Of a stretch of DNA of 64,000 nt, positions 56,756-64,000 are shown piece by piece. Source of the DNA: an uncultured Alphaproteobacteria bacterium (lineage in GTDB: Bacteria; Pseudomonadota; Alphaproteobacteria; Rs-D84); contig CALXMA010000004.1 in the NCBI GenBank assembly GCA_944389345.1, forward strand, positions 14,374-78,373, given 5' to 3'. The notes under the pieces were generated by a model. That model saw nothing but the letters and a program-made list of their open reading frames with translations, did not search any database and was not told where the DNA came from. Both the position numbers and the translations under genes were made by a program. Each line of letters begins with the position of its first letter. Position 1 is the stretch's first letter.

Positions 56756-57454
56756 ATGTTTCTGACAAAAAATAATAAGATGCGGTGGAATTGGTTGGCG
56801 TGGGGGGCGGTTATAACATGTGCGCTGGTGTTTTTAGGTATTGCATGGTTTGATAAACCCGTGTATTTGTTTATGCGCGAATTTGATTGCGGACTGTGGC
56901 GCGTGTTCGATTTCTTGTTCGATGCGGGAATGTGGGTTGCCGTGTCGGGGATTGTGTTGTTGGTGTTTTATATTAAAAAGGCAATTCATAATAGTATCAG
57001 ATTTAGAAATTCTAAGAACGAACCCAGTTTGCGCGCGCTGGTGCGGGACTGTATTAATAAAGTGCGAAACAGTTATGCGTTCTTTGTGTTTTGTTCCGTT
57101 GTGTCGGCCAGTTTGTTGGGCAAGTTATTAAAGATTTTAATTGGACGTATGCGCCCCATATTTTATGAGGCGTTGGATAAAACGGGCTTTGTGCCGTTTT
57201 CCACAGATTGGGCATTTAATTCTATGCCGTCTGGGCATACGGTGGCAACGTTTGCGGGACTGGTTATGTTGGGAATGTTGGCACCAAAAATTAAATGGTT
57301 TACGTGGTCGTTGGCGATTCTGGTCGGGTTGTCGCGTGTCGCGTATGGCGCGCATTGGCCGTCTGATGTTATTCTGGGGGCGTTTATCGGTATGGCGATG
57401 GCGGATTTGGTCAAATATTGGTTGCGTCGCGATTCAGTGGATGCAGATAAGTAG
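56756..57454 (+). CDS. PAP2-family membrane phosphatase
   Basis: The three PAP2 motifs are present: KILIGRMRP (KX6RP), PSGH, and SRVAYGAHWPSD (SRX5HX3D). The protein is multi-TM. Confidence 0.8.
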   Translation: MFLTKNNKMRWNWLAWGAVITCALVFLGIAWFDKPVYLFMREFDCGLWRVFDFLFDAGMWVAVSGIVLLVFYIKKAIHNSIRFRNSKNEPSLRALVRDCINKVRNSYAFFVFCSVVSASLLGKLLKILIGRMRPIFYEALDKTGFVPFSTDWAFNSMPSGHTVATFAGLVMLGMLAPKIKWFTWSLAILVGLSRVAYGAHWPSDVILGAFIGMAMADLVKYWLRRDSVDADK

Positions 57455-57503
57455 GCGCAGTGGTTTTATTTCGCGCTGATTCACAGGGGGAGGAAAGGTT
57501 ATA

Positions 57504-59771
57504 ATGGCAAAGCAATCTAAATTGTTGCCGGAACGCGTGTCTGGGACTTTGCGGTCGTTGGTAAAGCGTGTCTTGGGCGGGGCGTTATTGTTGGTCGCGT
57601 TATGGGCGTTGGTTAAGTTATTTTTGTTTAATCCGTATTTGGATGGAATTGGTGTCGCCAGTACGTTTGGTAATCAGACAACAATGGGACAGGTTGTCGG
57701 ATTCTTGCGGTATGTGTTCGGTTTTGTGCCGGCAATGTTTTTGATTTTGTGTGTGGCGCGATGGGGCGTGGCGTGGTTGTCTGGGTGGGATTCGGATAAT
57801 GCGCCAGAATACAATTTTATGCGGTGTTTTGTTGCGTTATGTATGGGGTCTGTGGGATTGGGGGCTTTGATGCCATCAGAAACGTTTGGTGGAATGGTCG
57901 GCGCGTTGGTTGCCACGGATATTACCAGTTTGTTGGGAACATGGGGCATTATTGTCGGCATTGTCGCGTTCGGATTGTTTTTATTGTTGGGGGGAAAGTT
58001 ATTACATATCAAGTTAGAACATATACGTGGTGCGATGCGTATGTTGTGGCACGGGGTGCGGTGGATTTTGTCGGTATTTCATTTGGTGCCGGCGAACGCA
58101 GATTCCGAATCGCAAGAATATGAATACGAAGAAGATGAAGAAGCAGAAGTTGATGAAGATTCGGATGCAGAACAGGTTGACGATGTGGCGCCCGCACGTG
58201 GTCGACGTGCGGGGGCGCGACGCAGTGCGCAACAGCGCGCAAAGTCTGTGTCGGGCGGACGCAAAAGTGTCAGTGCGCATGAATATCAATTGCCTGATAC
58301 GGCGTTCTTGGAATATTCTCATTTTGGAAAAAATGTTGTTACGCCCGAATTAAAGCGTAATGCCAGTGCAATGGAAATTCACTTTGCGGAATATGGTGTG
58401 GACGGCAAGGTTGTTGGTATCAGACCGGGGCCGATTGTCACCATGTATGAATTTTTGTTAAAAAGTGGTGTGCGTATCGCCAATGTGAACAAGGTTGTAG
58501 AAGATATGACACGCGCCATGGCCGCAACAAATATTCGAATCGCGCATATCCCCAGTACTCAATTAATCGGTGTTGAAATGGCGAATTTGAAACCACAAAT
58601 TGTGCGGTTTAGATCACTGGTTGAAAATGACGCATTCGTTAATTCCAGTTATAAGATACCGTTGGCGTTGGGGGTCAGTATCGGTGGTGATCCGATGTAT
58701 TATGATTTGGCCAAAATGCCACACATGTTAATCGCAGGGCGCACGGGGTCTGGGAAATCTGTGTTCGTGCAATCTATTATTACGTCTATTGTTTATCATT
58801 TTACGCCCGACAAGTGCAAGTTGATGATTATTGACCCCAAGGGTGTCGATTTTGGATTTTGGGATGATATTCCGCATCTGATAACGCCGATTGTAAAGTT
58901 AGACCCGAATGCCGCGGTAAATGCGCTGAAATGGGTTGTGAACGAAATGGAAAATCGGTACAAGCAATTACAAAAATTGCAGGCGCGAGAAATTGAAACA
59001 TATAATGAAACGGCCGCGAAAAAACGCGCAAATGGCGAACGGTTAACAGAACAGGTCGCCGTGGGTACCGACGAAGAAACGGGTGAATTGTTATTCGAAA
59101 CCCAAGAAGTAGATTTGTCTGATATGCCGTATATTGTTGTGATTATCGACGAAGTGGCTGATTTAATGGTTGTGGCAAAAAAAGAAGTCGAAGCGTATAT
59201 CCAGCGTATCGCGCAAAAGGCCCGTGCCGCCGGTATTCATTTGATTATGGCAACCCAGCGTCCAGATGCGACGGTTATAACCGGTGTGATTAAGGCGAAT
59301 ATCCCGACGCGTATTTCGTTCCAGGCGCGCAGTATTGTCGATTCTATGACCACATTGGGCGAAAAGGGCGCAGAACAATTATTGTCGCGTGGTGATATGT
59401 TGTTCAGCGAAGGTGGGCACAAGGCCGTGCGTATTCATGGGGCATTCATAGATGATAATGAACTGAAACGCGTGGGCGATTTCTTGCGCAGTCAGGGTGC
59501 GCCAGATTACGCCGACGGTGTGACCGATGGTGGTGCCGGGGCGGGCGGTATCGGGGTGCCCGGATTGCCCGGGGCAATTGGTGGCGACAAGGATGATGAT
59601 TTGTACAGCCAGGCCAAAGAAATTGTTTTGCGTGATAAAAAACCGACCATTTCATATCTGCAACGGCGATTGGGAATTGGGTATAACAAGGCCGCCAGTT
59701 TGATGGAACGGATGGAGGCCGACGGTATCGTCAGTGCGCCCGATGCCAAGAACAAACGTCAAATATTATAA
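57504..59771 (+). CDS. ftsK: DNA translocase FtsK
   Basis: It has N-terminal TM helices, an acidic linker (EEDEEAEVDEDSDAEQ), an ATPase domain (GRTGSGKSV, Walker B IVVIIDEVAD), and a C-terminal gamma winged-helix (...YLQRRLGIGYNKAASLMERME). Confidence 0.93.
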   Translation: MAKQSKLLPERVSGTLRSLVKRVLGGALLLVALWALVKLFLFNPYLDGIGVASTFGNQTTMGQVVGFLRYVFGFVPAMFLILCVARWGVAWLSGWDSDNAPEYNFMRCFVALCMGSVGLGALMPSETFGGMVGALVATDITSLLGTWGIIVGIVAFGLFLLLGGKLLHIKLEHIRGAMRMLWHGVRWILSVFHLVPANADSESQEYEYEEDEEAEVDEDSDAEQVDDVAPARGRRAGARRSAQQRAKSVSGGRKSVSAHEYQLPDTAFLEYSHFGKNVVTPELKRNASAMEIHFAEYGVDGKVVGIRPGPIVTMYEFLLKSGVRIANVNKVVEDMTRAMAATNIRIAHIPSTQLIGVEMANLKPQIVRFRSLVENDAFVNSSYKIPLALGVSIGGDPMYYDLAKMPHMLIAGRTGSGKSVFVQSIITSIVYHFTPDKCKLMIIDPKGVDFGFWDDIPHLITPIVKLDPNAAVNALKWVVNEMENRYKQLQKLQAREIETYNETAAKKRANGERLTEQVAVGTDEETGELLFETQEVDLSDMPYIVVIIDEVADLMVVAKKEVEAYIQRIAQKARAAGIHLIMATQRPDATVITGVIKANIPTRISFQARSIVDSMTTLGEKGAEQLLSRGDMLFSEGGHKAVRIHGAFIDDNELKRVGDFLRSQGAPDYADGVTDGGAGAGGIGVPGLPGAIGGDKDDDLYSQAKEIVLRDKKPTISYLQRRLGIGYNKAASLMERMEADGIVSAPDAKNKRQIL

Positions 59772-59794
59772 ATATGTAAAGTACCCAGGAAATC

Positions 59795-59836
59795 GGCGGA
59801 TAAGTGCTTTTATTGCTTTCTTATCCGCCTGTTTTG
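59795..59836 (+). terminator. Putative terminator hairpin after ftsK
   Basis: 10-bp stem GGCGGATAAG / CTTATCCGCC with a 15-nt loop, followed by TGTTTTGTGG. Confidence 0.45.
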
Positions 59837-59868
59837 TGGTATAATTTTCACCAAAAGGAGAATTTATA

Positions 59869-61071
59869 ATGAAAATGCAGTTGTCTTTGTTGGGGTTGGC
59901 GGTGGCGCTGGTTGGTGTAACGCCGGCATTATCTGCGACTAATTATGGTACACGTGCGGGGTCCAGCGTTGATTTGACCAGTGCACCGGCAGTGCGTGAA
60001 CGTACCCAGGTTAATTATGAAAAGTATTCTACGCGTACGTCGACCAGAACGTATGACGAAGCCGATGCAAAAAATATCTATTATACCGCACCGGCCGCGC
60101 GCAGTGATTTGTACAAGCAATATGGTGGCGATGCCCAGACCACGGTGCGTACAACACGTGCAGAAACATATCGCAATGTGTTGCAACGTAAATATTATCT
60201 GGCACATCCGTTCTTTCAACCGTTAAAGGGTAAATTCGGTTCTGTTACAGATTTTTCATATGGTATGAATTCTTATGATTTGGCGTTTACACCAATTGGT
60301 GAAATGTCTGATACGGCGTCCACATGGAATATGAGCAGATTTGCCATCAAGGAAGATTTTAGTTTCGGTATCACCGATCGCGTGGCGATTTTGGCAATGG
60401 CGCAATTTGATGTTTCAGATTACGAGTTCGATTGGTCTAATCCGAATACCCCCGATGATTCCAGTGATGATACCGGGTTTAATCTGTTCGGGTTGGGTTT
60501 CCAGTGGCGCTTTGCTGATACTGAAAAATGGATTGCAACAGCATCTGCGTATTATCAATATCAAAACGATGTTTCCAATAATGTCGTGTTGGACTTAAAA
60601 GCCGGGTACAAGGTTAGTTCTTCGACCATATACGGGTTGGCACGTGGTTGGTATTTGAACTTTGAAGATACTTCATACGGTAATGGTGCGGTCGGTGTAG
60701 ACCCAGATGGAAATCCGACAACATTCTTCTTGGCATATAACACAGATGCAGACAATACGTTCTTTTTAGAAGGCGGATTGGGCGTGTTCAGTGTGCTGGA
60801 TGAAGATTGGACATTGAATATAGAAGCCATTTTGGGTTATTACGATTGGCACAACCAGGCCAGTTTGAAGGCCGCAATCGGTTGGCAACCAAATGATTGG
60901 TTCGCGTTGAATCTGTATGGCAAGATGGCGTTGTGGGATTCTGCAAACGGCGAAGATTTGTCGTTCTGGCAGACGGATTACAAGGATGGCGTGTTCCGTA
61001 AAATGGGAACGGCCAATCTGGATAATTATTCTGACGTGACCATCGGGGTTCAGGCAATATTCTTGTTCTGA
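59869..61071 (+). CDS. Outer-membrane beta-barrel protein (hypothetical)
   Basis: 400 aa. It has a signal peptide (LAVALVGVTPALSA|T), alternating amphipathic beta-strands, and a C-terminal aromatic residue (...AIFLF). Confidence 0.6.
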   Translation: MKMQLSLLGLAVALVGVTPALSATNYGTRAGSSVDLTSAPAVRERTQVNYEKYSTRTSTRTYDEADAKNIYYTAPAARSDLYKQYGGDAQTTVRTTRAETYRNVLQRKYYLAHPFFQPLKGKFGSVTDFSYGMNSYDLAFTPIGEMSDTASTWNMSRFAIKEDFSFGITDRVAILAMAQFDVSDYEFDWSNPNTPDDSSDDTGFNLFGLGFQWRFADTEKWIATASAYYQYQNDVSNNVVLDLKAGYKVSSSTIYGLARGWYLNFEDTSYGNGAVGVDPDGNPTTFFLAYNTDADNTFFLEGGLGVFSVLDEDWTLNIEAILGYYDWHNQASLKAAIGWQPNDWFALNLYGKMALWDSANGEDLSFWQTDYKDGVFRKMGTANLDNYSDVTIGVQAIFLF

Positions 61072-61159
61072 TATAATTATGTGTGATGATGCCGGGTTCT
61101 TTTTGAACCTGGCATCGCGTTTAGTTATAACCGTGTAAATACAGGGGCAGGGAGAGAGA

Positions 61160-61885
61160 ATGCGTAAATTTTTAAGTGCTTTGTTTGGCGTTGTGATTGC
61201 AGGCGCGGGGTGCATTGGTTCCGCGCGGGCGGATGGTTTGCAATATGATACGTCCGACCCATTATATATGTTGGCGACAAATGATGTTTTGTCCCAAACA
61301 ACACTGACGTATTGGGATAATATTTTGCGTGCGGGCCAGACATTATCATACGGTATTAATGACCGTTTAAGCATTGGCGCAAATGTTCATTATCAACAGG
61401 ATTTTGACGGTTCCGAAGACGGATTTTCCAGTATAGATTTGGGGGCGGTGTATCGTGTCGGTACCGCGTCTGGGAACAGTGCGCATATCATATCTGATGT
61501 GATATTTGGATTGAAATTCGGTGGGTCTTCACGGGTGCGTACACCGTATTTTGCGGATTCTACGTATTATGCGGGATACAGATTCGGACGTCAATGGGCC
61601 GGTATGACATTGGCCGCGACAATTAAGTCCAGTTGGGTGTTCGATGATGTTGACGGTATGGCGTATATCGATTTTAAGCCCGAGGCATATTTTAGAATCG
61701 CACCAGATTGGCGATTGGGGGCACACTTTACCCTGCGCAAGGCGACGAATACGCATTTTGATCAAGAATGGCTGGGGGGCAGTTTGATTAGACAATATGG
61801 ACGTACCCAATATGTCGCACATTTGGACTATGAATTCGAAGAAGACGATTTACAGGTCGGCGTCAAGGTTAATATATTATTCTGA
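61160..61885 (+). CDS. Outer-membrane beta-barrel protein (possibly MipA/OmpV-like)
   Basis: 241 aa. It has a signal peptide (GSARA|DG) and a C-terminal ...VGVKVNILF. It is followed by a terminator. Confidence 0.55.
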   Translation: MRKFLSALFGVVIAGAGCIGSARADGLQYDTSDPLYMLATNDVLSQTTLTYWDNILRAGQTLSYGINDRLSIGANVHYQQDFDGSEDGFSSIDLGAVYRVGTASGNSAHIISDVIFGLKFGGSSRVRTPYFADSTYYAGYRFGRQWAGMTLAATIKSSWVFDDVDGMAYIDFKPEAYFRIAPDWRLGAHFTLRKATNTHFDQEWLGGSLIRQYGRTQYVAHLDYEFEEDDLQVGVKVNILF

Positions 61886-61907
61886 TGTCGGCGTGAAAAT
61901 AAAAACA

Positions 61908-61934
61908 GGCCCCGCGTTGTGCGGGGTTTATTTG
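61908..61934 (+). terminator. Rho-independent terminator
   Basis: Stem CCCCGC / GCGGGG with loop GTTGT, followed by TTTATTTG. Confidence 0.65.
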
Positions 61935-61969
61935 TTGACATTTTTATTATTTGTGCAATAATCGCAGAC

Positions 61970-62935
61970 ATGATTACAGAAAAAATAGCATTTGTTTTTC
62001 CGGGCCAAGGTTCCCAATATATTGGGATGGCGCGGGATTTATATGATAATTTTGACGTGGTTCGGCATACGTTCGAACAGGTGTCTGATATTTCACACAA
62101 AAATATTGCGGATGCATGCTTTAACGGGCCGGCGGATGTGTTGAATAAACCAGAATTGACATCGCTGGGGACGTTTGCGCATTCTGTGTCTGTGGCGCGT
62201 ATTGTCGAATCGGCATTTAATATGCCGTTGTACGAAATTGGCTATGCAATTGTTGGGCATTCTATGGGACAATATTCTGCGTTGCAATGTGCGGGCAGTT
62301 TGTCTATGAAAGATGCTGTTCATTTGTTGTCGGCACGGTCAAATTATATGTCTATGGCCGGCAAGGGCGGTGGCGGAATGGCCTGTATCGTCGGTTTGGA
62401 TAAAGAAACGGTGGAAAAATGCTTGTTGGCCGCAACAAACAAAGGATATGCCGCGATATCTAATTTGAATTCACGTACGCAATTTACCATCAGCGGACAG
62501 AACGAGGCGTTGGACGCCGTTGTCGCGCGCGCAAAAACCATGGGGGCCAAATTGGCCAAGCGTTTGAATGTCGCCGTGCCGGCACATTGTGCATTGATGG
62601 AAAACGCAGAAAAATCTTTGCGTAATTTCCTGAATACCATAGATGTCCAGGCGCCAAAAACAAATTGGTTTTCTAATCAAACCGCAATGGTTATGTCTAA
62701 TCCCCAGGACGTTAAAGATGCATTGGCAAATCAGATGAGCCATGGTGTTAACTGGGTCCAGATAATGGAAAATTTCCCAGAATATAATATTACGCGGGCA
62801 TACGAATTTGGCCCGGGGCGCACATTGACCGGGTTAATCAATCGGGCCAATGTCGGATGCCAGGCCAAGAATACCGATAATTTGGGAAATGTTCGGGCGA
62901 TGTTGGGCGAATTGGAACGCTGTATCGTGCGGTAA
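61970..62935 (+). CDS. fabD: Malonyl CoA-acyl carrier protein transacylase
   Basis: It has IAFVFPGQGSQYIGM...GHSMGQYSAL (active-site GHSxG) and ...AFHS... The start is at MITEKIAF. Confidence 0.92.
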   Translation: MITEKIAFVFPGQGSQYIGMARDLYDNFDVVRHTFEQVSDISHKNIADACFNGPADVLNKPELTSLGTFAHSVSVARIVESAFNMPLYEIGYAIVGHSMGQYSALQCAGSLSMKDAVHLLSARSNYMSMAGKGGGGMACIVGLDKETVEKCLLAATNKGYAAISNLNSRTQFTISGQNEALDAVVARAKTMGAKLAKRLNVAVPAHCALMENAEKSLRNFLNTIDVQAPKTNWFSNQTAMVMSNPQDVKDALANQMSHGVNWVQIMENFPEYNITRAYEFGPGRTLTGLINRANVGCQAKNTDNLGNVRAMLGELERCIVR

Positions 62936-62936
62936 A

Positions 62937-64000
62937 TTATTTTGATTTCTTGGCGTTCATTTTTTCGCGCAAAGAATCCCAATATTCCAGACGCTTTTTT
63001 ATATCCCGTTCGAACCCGCGTTCTATGGGGTAATAAAACTTTTGCCGTTCCATAGATTCTGGGAAACAGTTTTGACCACTGAACCCAGATTCTGTGTCCG
63101 GTTCATATATGTACCCGGCGCCATATCCCATTTCACGCATCATTTTTGTTGGTGCATTTAATATGTTTTTTGGTGGCATCAAACTGCCTGTTTCGCGGGC
63201 CGTGCGGTATGCAGATGTTTGTGCACGATAGTTTGCCGTGCTTTTTGGTGCAGTGCCCAGGTATATAACCAATTCGGTCAGTGCCAGGTCGCCTTCGGGA
63301 CTGCCCATGCGTTCATAAACCTGCCATGCGGACAGTGCGATTTGCATCGCGTTCGGATCGGCCAGGCCAATGTCTTCCATTGCAAATCGGGTCAGACGAC
63401 GAAACAGGTACATTGGGTCTTGGCCAGATGTCATCATACGGGCCGTCCAATACAGCGCCGCGTCTGTATCACTGGCGCGCAAAGATTTATGCACGGCAGA
63501 TATTAAATTATAATGTTCGTCCCCGGTTTTATCGGACAGTGGTGCACGCTTTTGTATCGCGGTGTCCAATGCGTCTGGGGTTAATTTCTTTTTGAAATTC
63601 GCGGATACCAGGTATTCAACCGTATTTAATAAAAATCGTGCATCGCCGTCTGACATTTGGGCCAGGTGAGTGCGCGCATCATTATCCAGCGGTAATTTTT
63701 TTCCCAAGAATTCTTCGGCACGCGTCATCAGTGTCATTAAATCTTGGGTCGATAATGGTTGCAATACGCCAACGTGGCATCGCGACAGCAATGCGTTGTT
63801 CAAATTAAAACTGGGGTTTTCGGTGGTGGCGCCCATAAAAACAACGGTGCCATCTTCTAGATATGGTAATAATGTATCCTGTTGCGTTTTGTTAAAACGA
63901 TGGATTTCGTCGATAAACAGTAATGTATTGCGTCCTATATCACGGTTCATTCGGGCCATTTCCATGGCCTTTTTAATATCGGCCGTTCCAGAAAATACCG
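62937..64000 (-). CDS. rarA: Replication-associated recombination protein RarA/MgsA (AAA+ ATPase), partial: N-terminus beyond window end
   Basis: The C-terminal ~340 aa are in the window: ...TLLFIDEIHRFNKTQQDTLLPYLEDGTVVFMGATTENPSFNLNNALLSRC... plus MgsA C-terminal helical domains. It is convergent with fabD with 1-bp spacing. Confidence 0.85.
   Translation of the reverse strand, partial: VFSGTADIKKAMEMARMNRDIGRNTLLFIDEIHRFNKTQQDTLLPYLEDGTVVFMGATTENPSFNLNNALLSRCHVGVLQPLSTQDLMTLMTRAEEFLGKKLPLDNDARTHLAQMSDGDARFLLNTVEYLVSANFKKKLTPDALDTAIQKRAPLSDKTGDEHYNLISAVHKSLRASDTDAALYWTARMMTSGQDPMYLFRRLTRFAMEDIGLADPNAMQIALSAWQVYERMGSPEGDLALTELVIYLGTAPKSTANYRAQTSAYRTARETGSLMPPKNILNAPTKMMREMGYGAGYIYEPDTESGFSGQNCFPESMERQKFYYPIERGFERDIKKRLEYWDSLREKMNAKKSK

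Noticed and set aside
60766-61374. 202-aa minus-strand ORF spanning the two OMP genes and their intergenic terminator
   Set aside because: It crosses a terminator hairpin and two plus-strand genes with signal peptides, so it is implausible.

Overview
This is a 64 kb stretch of bacterial chromosome at roughly mid-40s % GC, and its gene content looks like a Gram-negative proteobacterium. The alpha-like hints are a DUF721/DciA-type protein, a J-domain protein with an N-terminal zinc-ribbon, and an AddB-type nuclease. These hints are tentative and no search was run, so this is not a taxon assignment.

Most of the window is conserved housekeeping: aspS, uvrB, tsaE, ftsQ, ftsA, rpe, lolC/D, rsmI, engB, xth, mnmE, ruvA, yebC, ruvC, mltA, secB, recA, typA, serS, trxB, xerD, lptF/G, greA, mutL, yajC-secD-secF, ftsK, fabD and rarA. 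It also carries four tRNA genes: Met-CAT, Thr-GGT, Gly-TCC and Tyr-GTA.

Four accessory pockets stand out against that background:
- **Cys-repeat operon (16138-18642).** A tightly coupled 4-gene operon encodes secreted or membrane-anchored proteins built from two apparently undescribed cysteine-bracketed modules. It sits between lolCD and a tRNA-Gly/tRNA-Tyr locus. That locus carries att-like duplications of both tRNA 3' ends and is followed by a GNAT gene broken at a T7 tract.
- **Surface-glycan locus (36248-41946).** A glycosyltransferase locus lies between recA and typA. It holds three tandem, mosaic GT2 paralogues that share DNA blocks identical over 305 bp and 95 bp. A neighbouring glycosyltransferase gene has an A9 tract at its 5' end.
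- **Tandem repeat array (46856-47370).** About 4.7 copies of a palindrome-rich 109-bp unit fill the convergent gap after trxB.
- **FtsA-Rpe fusion (9417-11204).** A short FtsA is fused in frame to ribulose-phosphate 3-epimerase, and no ftsZ follows.

Smaller oddities include a tandem-ArsR regulator divergent from a CPxC membrane protein with a triple operator-like direct repeat, and a secretin-like lipoprotein co-transcribed with lolCD. There is also an AddB-like nuclease with no AddA partner, an S41 peptidase homologue whose catalytic Ser/Lys positions look substituted, and a ruvA with no adjacent ruvB.

No CRISPR array, rRNA or transposase was seen. All functional calls rest on motif recognition by eye.
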